Shown here: positions 46,979-57,899 of the stretch, in pieces | How the letters are laid out: each line of letters opens with the position of its first letter | Position numbering within the stretch: position 1 is the stretch's first letter | From: Eledone cirrhosa | Taxonomy: Eukaryota | Assembly (NCBI GenBank): GCA_964016885.1 | Contig: OZ024743.1 | Span: forward strand, 130,882,001 to 130,946,000 | Direction of reading: 5' to 3' | Length of the DNA: 64,000 nucleotides | Made by a program: the position numbers and the translations under genes | The notes under the pieces: model-generated | What the model was told of the DNA's origin: nothing | Database searches by the model: none | Seen by the model: the letters and a program-made list of their open reading frames with translations, nothing else

Positions 46979-49319
46979 TTGGTGCTTGGTGCTTGGTGCT
47001 TGGTGCTTGGTGTTTGGTGTTTGGTGCTTGGTGTTTGGTGCTTGGTGTTTGGTGCTGGGTGTTTGGTGCTTGGTGCTTGGTGTTTGGTGCATGGTGCTTT
47101 GTTTTTGGTGTTTGTCGCTTGGTGCTTGGTGCTTGGTGTATGGTGCTTGGTGTTTGGTGTTTGGTGCTTGGTGCTTGGTGTTTGGTGTTTGGTGCTTGGT
47201 GTTTGGTGTTTGGTGCTGGGTGGTTGGTGTTTGGTGCTTGGTGCTTGGTATTTGGTGCTTGGTGCTTGGTGCTTGGTGTTTGGTGCTTGGTGCTTGATGC
47301 TTGGTCTTTGGTGCTTGGTGTTTGGTGTTTGGTGCTTGGTGCTTGGTGTTTGGTGCTTGGTGCTTGTGGTTTGGTGTTTGGTGCTTGGTGCTTGGTGTTT
47401 GGTGCTTGGTGCTTGGTGTTTGGTGCTTGGTGTTTCGTTTTTGCTGTTTGGTGTTTGGTGTTTGGTGTTTGGTGTTTGCTGTTTGCTGTTTGGTGTCTGC
47501 TTTTTGGTGTTTGGTGTTTGCTGTATGGTGTTTGGTGTTTGGTGTTTGGTGTTTCCTGTTTGGTCTTTAGTCTTTGGTGCTTGGTGTTTGGTGCTTGGTG
47601 CTTGGTGTTTGGTGTTTGGTTCTTGGTGCTTGGTGTTTGGTGCTTGGTGCTTGGTGCTTGTTGTTTGGTGATTGGTGTTGGTGCTTGGTGTTTGGTGTTT
47701 GGTGCTTGGGGCTTGGTGCATGGTGCTGCGTGCTTGGTGCTTGGTGCTTGGTGCTTGGTGTTTTGTGTTTGGTGTTTGATGCTTGGTGTTTGGTGTTTGG
47801 TGTCTGGTGCTTGGTGTTTGGTGTTTGGTGTTTGGTGCTTGGTGCTTGGTGTTTGATGCTTGGTGCTTGATGCTTGGTGCTTGGTGTTTGGTGCTTGGTG
47901 TTTGTACTTGGTGCTTGGTGCTTGGTGTTTGGTGCTTGGTGTTTGGTGCTTGCTGTTTGGTGTTTGCTGTTTGCTGTTTGGTGCTTGCTGTTGGGTGCTT
48001 GGTGTTTGGTGCTTGGTGCTTACTGTTTGGTGTTTGGTGTTTGGTGCTTGGTGCTTGGGGCTTGGTGTTTGGTGCTTGGTGCTTGGTGCTTGGTATTTGG
48101 TGTTTGGTGCTTGGTGTTTGGTGCTTGGTGCTGGGTGTTTGGTGCTTGGTGTTTGGTTCATGGTGCTTGGTGCTTGGTGTTTGTCGCTTGGTGCTTGGTG
48201 CTTGGTGTTTGGTGCTTGGTATTTGGTGATTGGTGCTTGGTGTTTGGTGTTTGGTGCTTCGTGCTTGGTGTTTGGTGTTTGGTGCTTGGTGTTTGGTGTT
48301 TGGTGCTGGGTGCTTGGTGTTTGGTGCTTGGTGTTTGGTGCTTGGTGCTTGGTGTTTGGTGTTTGCTGTTTGATGCTAGGTGTTTGATGCTTGGTGCTTG
48401 GTGCTTGGTGTTTGGTGCTTGGTGTTTGTACTTGGTGTTTGGTGCTTGGAGTTTTGTGCTTGGTTCTTGGTGTTTGGTGTTTGGTGCTTGGTGCTTGGTG
48501 CTTGGTGTTAGGTGTTTGGTGCTTGGTGCTTGGTGTTTGGTGTTTGTTCCTTGGTGCTTGGTGTTTAGTGCTTGGTGCTTGGTGTTTGTTGTTTGGTGTT
48601 TTCTGCTTGCTGCTTGGTGTTTGGTGCTTGGTGCTTGGTGCTTGGTGTTTGGTGTTTGGTGCTAGGTGCTTGGTGTTTGGTGTTTGGTGTTTGGTGTTTG
48701 ATGCTTGGTGTTTGGTGCTTGGTGTTTGGTGTTTGGTGCTTGGTGCTTGCGGCTTGGTGTTTGGTGCTTGGTGCTTGGTGCTGGGTGGTTGGTATTTGGT
48801 GCTTGGTGCTTGGTGTTTGGTGCTTGGTGCTTGGTGCTTGGTCTTTGGTGCTTGGTGTTTGGTGCTTGGTGCTTGGTGCTTGGTGTTTGGTGCTTGGTGA
48901 TTAGTGTTTGGTGCTTGGTGCTTGGGGTTTGGTGTTTGGTGCTTGGTACTTGGTGTTTGGTGCTTCGTGTTTGGTGTTTGCTGTTTGGTGTTTGGTGTTT
49001 GGTGTATGCTGTTTGGTGTCTGCTTTTTGGTGTTTGGTGTTTGCTGTATGGTGTTTGCTGTTTGGTGTTTGGTGTTTGCTGTTTTGTGTTTAGTGTTTGC
49101 TGTTTGGTCTTTGGTCTTTGGTGCTTGGTGTTTGGTGCTTGGTGCTTGGTGTTTGGTGTTTGGTGCTTGGTGTTTGGTGTTTGGTGCTTGGTGCTTGGTG
49201 TTTGGTGTTTGGTGTTTGGTGCTTGGTGTTTGGTGTTTGGTGTTTGGTGCTTGGTGCTTGGTGTTTGGTGTTTCGTGTTTGGTGTTTGGTGCTTGTTGCT
49301 TGGTGCTTGGTGCTTGGTG

Positions 49320-52300
49320 TTTGGTGCTTGGTGCTTGGTGTTTGGTGCTTGGTGCTTGGTGTTTGGTGTTTGGTGCTTGGTGCTTGGTGTTTGGTGTTTG
49401 GTGTTATATGCTTGGTGCTTGGTGTTTGGTGCTTGGTGCTTGGTGTGTGGTGCTTGTTGCTTGGTACTTGGTGCTTGGTGTTTGGTGCTTGGTGCCTGGT
49501 GTTTGGTGCTTGGTGCTTGGTGTTTGGTGTTTGGTGTTTGGTGCTTGGTGCTTGGTGTTTGGTGCTTGGTGCTTGGTGTTTGGTGTTTCGTGTTTGGTGT
49601 TTGGTGCTTGTTGCTTGGTGCTTGGTGCTTGGTGCTTGGTGCTTGGTGCTTGGTGTTTGGTGTTTGGTGCTTGGTGCTTGGTGTTTGGTGTTTGGTGTTA
49701 TATGCTTGGTGTTTGATGCTTGGTGCTTGGTGCTTGGTGTTTGGTGCTTGGTGCTTGGTGTTTGTACTTGGTGCTTGGTGCTTGGTTCTTGGTGTTTGGT
49801 GCTTGGTGCTTGGTGATTGGTGCTTGGTGTTTGGTGCTTGGTGTTTGGTGCTTGGTGTTTGGTGCTTGGTGCCTGGTGCTTGGTGCTTGGTGCTTGGTGT
49901 TTGGTGCTTGGTGTTTGGTGCTTGGTGTTAGGTGTTTGGTGCTTGGTGCTTGGTGTTTGGTGCTTGGTATTTGGTGCTTGGTGCTTGGTGTTTGGTGTCT
50001 GGTGCTTGGTGTTTGGTGCTTGGTACTTGGTGCTTGGTGCTTGGTGTTAGGTGTTTGGTGCTTGGTGCTTGGTGTTTGGTTTTTGGTGTTTGGTGCTTGG
50101 TGTTTGGTGTTTGGTGCTTGCTGCTGGCTGCTTGGTGTTTGGTGCTTGGTGATTGGTGCTTGGTGTTTGGTGCTTGGTGTTTGGTGTTTGGTACTAGGTG
50201 CTTGGTGCTTGGTGTTTGGTGCTTAGTGCTTGGTGTCTGGTGTTTGGTGTTTGGTGCTTGGTGCTTGTTGTTTGGTGCTTGGTCTTTGGTGCTTGGTGTT
50301 TGGTGCTTGGTGCTTGGTGTTTGGTGCTTAGTGCTTGGTGATTAGTGTTTGGTGCTTGGTGCTTGTGGTTTGGTGTTTGGTGCTTGGTGCTTGGTGTTTG
50401 GTGCTTGGTGCTTGGTGTTTGGTGCTTGGTGTTTGGTTTTTGCTGTTTGCTGTTTGGTGTCTGCTTTTTGGTGTTTGGTGTTTGCTGTATGGTGTTTGCT
50501 GTTTCGTGTTTATTGTTTGCTGTTTGGTGTTTGGTGTTTGGTGTTTCCTGTTTGGTCTTTAGTCTTTGGTGCTTGGTGTTTGGTGCTTGGTGCTTGGTGT
50601 TTGGTGCTTGGTGGTTGGTGCTTGTTGTTTGGTGATTGGTGCTTGGTGTTTGGTGGTTGGTGCTTGGGGCTTGGTGTTTGGTGCTGCGTGCTTGGTGCTT
50701 GGTGCTTGGTGCTTGGTGTTTTGTGTTTGGTGTTTGGTGTTTGCTGTTTGGTGTTTGGTGTTTGGTGTTTGCTGTTTGGTGTTTGTTGTTTGGTGCTTGG
50801 TGTTTGGTGCTTGGTGCTTGGTGTTTGGTGTTTGGTGTTTGGTGCTTGGTGCTTGGGGCTTGGTGTTTGGTGCTTGGTGCTTGGTGCTTGGTGTTTGGTG
50901 TTTGGTGCTTGGTGTTTGGTGCTTGGTGCTTGGTGCTGGGTGTTTGGTGCTTGGTGCTTGGTGTTTGGTGCATGGTGCTTGGTTTTTGGTGTTTGTCGCT
51001 TGATGCTTGGTGCTTGGTGTTTGGTGCTTGGTGTTTGGTGTTTGGTGCTTGGTGCTTGGTGTTTGGTCTTTGGTGCTTGATGTTTGGTGTTTGGTGCTTG
51101 ATGCTTGGTGTTTGATGCTTGGTGCTTGGTGTTTGGTGCTTGGTGTTTGTACTTGGTGCTTGGTGCTTGGTGTTTTGTGCTTGGTTCTTGGTGTTTGGTG
51201 TTTGGCGCTTGGTGCTTGGTGTTAGGTGTTTGGTGCTTGGTGCTTGGTGTTTGGTGTTTGGTCCTTGGTGCTTGGTGTTTAGTGCTTGGTGCTTGGTGTT
51301 TTTTGTTTGGTGCTATCTGCTTGCTGCTTGGTGTTTGGTGCTTGGTGATTGGTGCTTGGTGTTTGGTGCTTGGTGCTTGGTGTTTGGTGTTTGGTGCTAG
51401 GTGCTTGGTGTTTGGTGTTTGGTGTTTGGTGCTTGGTGTTTGGTGCTTGGTACTTGGGGCTTGGTGTTTGGTGCTTGGTGCTTGGTGTTTGGTGTTTGGT
51501 GCTTGGGGCTTGGTGTTTGGTGTTGCGTGCTTGGTGCTTGGTGCTTGGTGCTTGGTGTTTTGTGTTTGGTGTTTGATGCTTGGTGTTTGGTGTTTGGTGT
51601 TTGGTGCTTGGTGTTTGGTGTTTGGTGTTTGGTGCTTGGTGCTTGGTGTTTGATGCTTGGTGCTTGATGCTTGGTGCTTGGTGTTTGGTGCTTGGTGTTT
51701 GGTTTTTGCTGTTTGCTGTTTGGTGTTTGGTGTTTGCTGTTTGCTGTTTGGTGTCTGCTTTTTGGTGTTTGGTGTTTGCTGTATGGTGTTTGCTGTTTCG
51801 TGTTTATTGTTTGCTGTTTGGTGTTTGGTGTTTGGTGTTTCCTGTTTGGTGTTTAGTCTTTGGTGCTTGGTGTTTGGTGCTTGGTGCTTGGTGTTTGGTG
51901 CTTGGTGTTTGGTTTTTGCTGTTTGCTGTTTGGTGTTTGGTGTTTGCTGTTTGCTGTTTGGTGTCTGCTTTTTGGTGTTTGGTGTTTGCTGTATGGTGTT
52001 TGCTGTTTCGTGTTTATTGTTTGCTGTTTGGTGTTTGGTGTTTGGTGTTTCCTGTTTGGTCTTTAGTCTTTGGTGCTTGGTGTTTGGTGCTTGGTGCTTG
52101 GTGTTTGGTGCTTGGTGGTTGGTGCTTGTTGTTTGGTGATTGGTGCTTGGTGTTTGGTGGTTGGTGCTTGGGGCTTGGTGTTTGGTGCTGCGTGCTTGGT
52201 GCTTGGTGCTTGGTGCTTGGTGTTTTGTGTTTGGTGTTTGATGCTTGGTGTTTGGTGTTTGGTGTTTGGTGCTTGGTGCTTGGTGTTTGGTGTTTGATGC

Positions 52301-55300
52301 TTGGTGCTTGATGCTTGGTGCTTGGTGCTTGGTGTTTGGTGCTTGGTGCTTGGTGATTGTACTTGGTGCTTGGTGCTTGGTGTTTGGTGCTTGGTGTTTG
52401 GTGCTTGGTGTTTGGTGTTTGCTCTTTGCTGTTTGGTGTTTGGTGTTTGCTGTTTGGTGTTTGGTGTTTGGTGTTTGCTGTTTGGTGTTTGTTGTTTGGT
52501 GCTTGGTGTTTGGTGCTTGGTGCTTGGTGTTTGGTGTTTGGTGTTTGGTGCTTGGTGCTTGGGGCTTGGTGCCTGGTGCTTGGTGCTTGGTGCTTGGTGT
52601 TTGGTGTTTGGTGCTTGGTGTTTGGTGCTTGGTGCTTGGTGCTGGGTGTTTGGTGCTTGGTGCTTGGTGTTTGGTGCATGGTGCTTGGTTTTTGGTGTTT
52701 GTCGCTTGATGCTTGGTGCTTGGTGTTTGGTGCTTGGTGTTTGTACTTGGTGCTTGGTGCTTGGTGTTTTGTGCTTGGTTCTTGGTGTTTGGTGTTTGGC
52801 GCTTGGTGCTTGGTGTTAGGTGTTTGGTGCTTGGTGCTTGGTGTTTGGTGTTTGGTCCTTGGTGCTTGGTGTTTAGTGCTTGGTGCTTGGTGTTTTTTGT
52901 TTGGTGCTTTCTGCTTGCTGCTTGGTGTTTGGTGCTTGGTGATTGGTGCTTGGTGTTTGGTGCTTGGTGCTTGGTGTTTGGTGCTTGGTGCTTGGTGTTT
53001 GGTGTTTGGTGCTTGGTGCTTGGTGTTTGGTGTTTGGTGTTATATGCTTGGTGCTTGGTGTTTGGTGCTTGGTGCTTGGTGTGTGGTGCTTGTTGCTTGG
53101 TACTTGGTGCTTGGTGTTTGGTGCTTGGTGCCTGGTGTTTGGTGCTTGGTGCTTGGTGCTTGGTGTTTGGTGCTTGGTGCTTGGTGTTTGGTGTTTGGTG
53201 CTTGGTGTTTGGTGTTTGGTGTTTGGTGCTTGGTGCTTGGTGTTTGGTGCTTGGTGCTTGGTGTTTGGTGTTTCGTGTTTGGTGTTTGGTGCTTGTTGCT
53301 TGGTGCTTGGTGCTTGGTGCTTGGTGCTTGGTGCTTGGTGTTTGGTGTTTGGTGCTTGGTGCTTGGTGTTTGGTGTTTGGTGTTATATGCTTGGTGTTTG
53401 ATGCTTGGTGCTTGGTGCTTGGTGTTTGGTGCTTGGTGCTTGGTGTTTGTACTTGGTGCTTGGTGCTTGGTTCTTGGTGTTTGGTGCTTGGTGCTTGGTG
53501 ATTGGTGCTTGGTGTTTGGTGCTTGGTGTTTGGTGCTTGGTGTTTGGTGCTTGGTGCCTGGTGCTTGGTGCTTGGTGCTTGGTGTTTGGTGCTTGGTGTT
53601 TGGTGCTTGGTGTTAGGTGTTTGGTGCTTGGTGCTTGGTGTTTGGTGCTTGGTATTTGGTGCTTGGTGCTTGGTGTTTGGTGTCTGGTGCTTGGTGTTTG
53701 GTGCTTGGTACTTGGTGCTTGGTGCTTGGTGTTAGGTGTTTGGTGCTTGGTGCTTGGTGTTTGGTTTTTGGTGTTTGGTGCTTGGTGTTTGGTGTTTGGT
53801 GCTTGCTGCTGGCTGCTTGGTGTTTGGTGCTTGGTGATTGGTGCTTGGTGTTTGGTGCTTGGTGTTTGGTGTTTGGTACTAGGTGCTTGGTGCTTGGTGT
53901 TTGGTGCTTGGTGCTTGGTGTCTGGTGTTTGGTGTTTGGTGCTTGGTGCTTGTTGTTTGGTGCTTGGTCTTTGGTGCTTGGTGTTTGGTGCTTGGTGCTT
54001 GGTGTTTGGTGCTTAGTGCTTGGTGATTAGTGTTTGGTGCTTGGTGCTTGTGGTTTGGTGTTTGGTGCTTGGTGCTTGGTGTTTGGTGCTTGGTGCTTGG
54101 TGTTTGGTGCTTGGTGTTTGGTTTTTGCTGTTTGCTGTTTGGTGTCTGCTTTTTGGTGTTTGGTGTTTGCTGTATGGTGTTTGCTGTTTCGTGTTTATTG
54201 TTTGCTGTTTGGTGTTTGGTGTTTGGTGTTTCCTGTTTGGTCTTTAGTCTTTGGTGCTTGGTGTTTGGTGCTTGGTGCTTGGTGTTTGGTGCTTGGTGGT
54301 TGGTGCTTGTTGTTTGGTGATTGGTGCTTGGTGTTTGGTGGTTGGTGCTTGGGGCTTGGTGTTTGGTGCTGCGTGCTTGGTGCTTGGTGCTTGGTGCTTG
54401 GTGTTTTGTGTTTGGTGTTTGGTGTTTGCTGTTTGGTGTTTGGTGTTTGGTGTTTGCTGTTTGGTGTTTGTTGTTTGGTGCTTGGTGTTTGGTGCTTGGT
54501 GCTTGGTGTTTGGTGTTTGGTGTTTGGTGCTTGGTGCTTGGGGCTTGGTGTTTGGTGCTTGGTGCTTGGTGCTTGGTGTTTGGTGTTTGGTGCTTGGTGT
54601 TTGGTGCTTGGTGCTTGGTGCTGGGTGTTTGGTGCTTGGTGCTTGGTGTTTGGTGCATGGTGCTTGGTTTTTGGTGTTTGTCGCTTGATGCTTGGTGCTT
54701 GGTGTTTGGTGCTTGGTGTTTGGTGTTTGGTGCTTGGTGCTTGGTGTTTGGTCTTTGGTGCTTGATGTTTGGTGTTTGGTGCTTGATGCTTGGTGTTTGA
54801 TGCTTGGTGCTTGGTGTTTGGTGCTTGGTGTTTGTACTTGGTGCTTGGTGCTTGGTGTTTTGTGCTTGGTTCTTGGTGTTTGGTGTTTGGCGCTTGGTGC
54901 TTGGTGTTAGGTGTTTGGTGCTTGGTGCTTGGTGTTTGGTGTTTGGTCCTTGGTGCTTGGTGTTTAGTGCTTGGTGCTTGGTGTTTTTTGTTTGGTGCTA
55001 TCTGCTTGCTGCTTGGTGTTTGGTGCTTGGTGATTGGTGCTTGGTGTTTGGTGCTTGGTGCTTGGTGTTTGGTGTTTGGTGCTAGGTGCTTGGTGTTTGG
55101 TGTTTGGTGTTTGGTGCTTGGTGTTTGGTGCTTGGTACTTGGGGCTTGGTGTTTGGTGCTTGGTGCTTGGTGTTTGGTGTTTGGTGCTTGGGGCTTGGTG
55201 TTTGGTGTTGCGTGCTTGGTGCTTGGTGCTTGGTGCTTGGTGTTTTGTGTTTGGTGTTTGATGCTTGGTGTTTGGTGTTTGGTGTTTGGTGCTTGGTGTT

Positions 55301-56668
55301 TGGTGTTTGGTGTTTGGTGCTTGGTGCTTGGTGTTTGATGCTTGGTGCTTGATGCTTGGTGCTTGGTGTTTGGTGCTTGGTGTTTGGTTTTTGCTGTTTG
55401 CTGTTTGGTGTTTGGTGTTTGCTGTTTGCTGTTTGGTGTCTGCTTTTTGGTGTTTGGTGTTTGCTGTATGGTGTTTGCTGTTTCGTGTTTATTGTTTGCT
55501 GTTTGGTGTTTGGTGTTTGGTGTTTCCTGTTTGGTGTTTAGTCTTTGGTGCTTGGTGTTTGGTGCTTGGTGCTTGGTGTTTGGTGCTTGGTGTTTGGTTT
55601 TTGCTGTTTGCTGTTTGGTGTTTGGTGTTTGCTGTTTGCTGTTTGGTGTCTGCTTTTTGGTGTTTGGTGTTTGCTGTATGGTGTTTGCTGTTTCGTGTTT
55701 ATTGTTTGCTGTTTGGTGTTTGGTGTTTGGTGTTTCCTGTTTGGTCTTTAGTCTTTGGTGCTTGGTGTTTGGTGCTTGGTGCTTGGTGTTTGGTGCTTGG
55801 TGGTTGGTGCTTGTTGTTTGGTGATTGGTGCTTGGTGTTTGGTGGTTGGTGCTTGGGGCTTGGTGTTTGGTGCTGCGTGCTTGGTGCTTGGTGCTTGGTG
55901 CTTGGTGTTTTGTGTTTGGTGTTTGATGCTTGGTGTTTGGTGTTTGGTGTTTGGTGCTTGGTGCTTGGTGTTTGGTGTTTGATGCTTGGTGCTTGATGCT
56001 TGGTGCTTGGTGCTTGGTGTTTGGTGCTTGGTGCTTGGTGATTGTACTTGGTGCTTGGTGCTTGGTGTTTGGTGCTTGGTGTTTGGTGCTTGGTGTTTGG
56101 TGTTTGCTCTTTGCTGTTTGGTGTTTGGTGTTTGCTGTTTGGTGTTTGGTGTTTGGTGTTTGCTGTTTGGTGTTTGTTGTTTGGTGCTTGGTGTTTGGTG
56201 CTTGGTGCTTGGTGTTTGGTGTTTGGTGTTTGGTGCTTGGTGCTTGGGGCTTGGTGCCTGGTGCTTGGTGCTTGGTGCTTGGTGTTTGGTGTTTGGTGCT
56301 TGGTGTTTGGTGCTTGGTGCTTGGTGCTGGGTGTTTGGTGCTTGGTGCTTGGTGTTTGGTGCATGGTGCTTGGTTTTTGGTGTTTGTCGCTTGATGCTTG
56401 GTGCTTGGTGTTTGGTGCTTGGTGTTTGTACTTGGTGCTTGGTGCTTGGTGTTTTGTGCTTGGTTCTTGGTGTTTGGTGTTTGGCGCTTGGTGCTTGGTG
56501 TTAGGTGTTTGGTGCTTGGTGCTTGGTGTTTGGTGTTTGGTCCTTGGTGCTTGGTGTTTAGTGCTTGGTGCTTGGTGTTTTTTGTTTGGTGCTTTCTGCT
56601 TGCTGCTTGGTGTTTGGTGCTTGGTGATTGGTGCTTGGTGTTTGGTGCTTGGTGCTTGGTGTTTGGTG
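49320..56668. repeat. 3,685 bp tandem duplication (junction ~52,960-52,985)
   Basis: Offset of 3685 (49720/53405, 50335/54020, 51580/55265, 52713/56398). 3685 = 527x7 - 4, with TTGTAC at 51147, 52357, 52741 and 53447. The leftmost part differs by 49 bp (offset 3636 at 49404/53040). Confidence 0.88.
51671..52110. repeat. 210 bp (30-monomer) tandem duplication nested in the 3,685 bp unit (also ~55,356-55,795; partial at ~62,200-62,490)
   Basis: GGTTTTTGCT at 51701/51911 and 55386/55596; CCTG at 51841/52051 and 62217/62427. Confidence 0.88.
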
Positions 56669-57899
56669 TTTGGTGCTAGGTGCTTGGTGTTTGGTGTTTG
56701 GTGTTTGTTGCTTGGTGTTTGGTGCTTGGTACTTGGGGCTTGGTGTTTGGTGCTTGGTGCTTGGTGTTTGGTGTTTGGTGCTTGGGGCTTGGTGTTTGGT
56801 GTTGCGTGCTTGGTGCTTGGTGCTTGGTGTTTTGTGTTTGGTGTTTGATGCTTGGTGTTTGGTGTTTGGTGTTTGGTGCTTGGTGTTTGGTGTTTGGTGT
56901 TTGGTGCTTGGTGCTTGGTGTTTGATGCTTGGTGCTTGATGCTTGGTGCTTGGTGTTTGGTGCTTGGTTTTTGTACTTGGTGCTTGGTGCTTGGTGTTTG
57001 GTGCTTGGTGTTTGGTGCTTGGTGTTTGGTGTTTGCTGTTTGCTGTTTGCTGTTTGCTGTTTGGTGTTTGCTGTTTGGTGTTTGCTGTTTGGTGTTTGGT
57101 GCTTGCTGTTGGGTGTTTGGTGTTTGGTGCTTGCTGCTTAGTGTTTGGTGTTTGGTGTTTGGTGCTTGGTGCTTGGGGCTTGGTGTTTGGTGCTTGGTGC
57201 TTGGTGCTTGGTGTTTGGTGTTTGGTGCTTGGTGCTTGGTGCTGGGTGTTTGGTGCTTGGTGTTTGGTGCATGGTGCTTGGTGCTTGGTGTTTGTCGCTT
57301 GGTGCTTGGTGCTTGGTGTTTGGTGCTTGGTGCTTGGTGTTTGGTGTTTGGTGCTTGGTGCTTGGTGTTTGGTGTTTGGTGCTTGGTGTTTGGTGTTTGG
57401 TGCTTGGTGCTTGGTGTTTGTTGCTTGGTACTTGGTGCATGGTGTTTGGTACTGTGTGCTTGGTGTTTGGTGCTTGGTGTTTGGTGCTTGGTGCTTGGTG
57501 TTTGGTTTTTTGTGTTTGATGCTTGGTGTTTGATGCTTGGTGCTTGGTGCTTGGTGTTTGGTGCTTGGTGTTTGTACTTGGTGTTTGGTGCTTGGTGTTT
57601 TGTGCTTGGTTCTTGGTGTTTGGTGTTTGGTGCTTGGTGCTTGGTGCTTGGTGTTAGGTGTTTCGTGCTTGGTGCTTGGTGTTTGGTGTTTGGTCCTTGG
57701 TGCTTGGTGTTTAGTACTTGGTGCTTGGTGTTTGTTGTTTGGTGTTTTCTGCTTGCTGCTTGGTGTTTGGTGCTTGGTGTTTGGTGTTTGGTGTTTGGTG
57801 TTTGGTGTTTGATGCTTGGTGTTTGGTGCTTGGTGTTTGGTGTTTGGTGCTTGGTGCTTGGGGCTTGGTGTTTGGTGCTTGGTGCTTGGTGTTTGGTGC

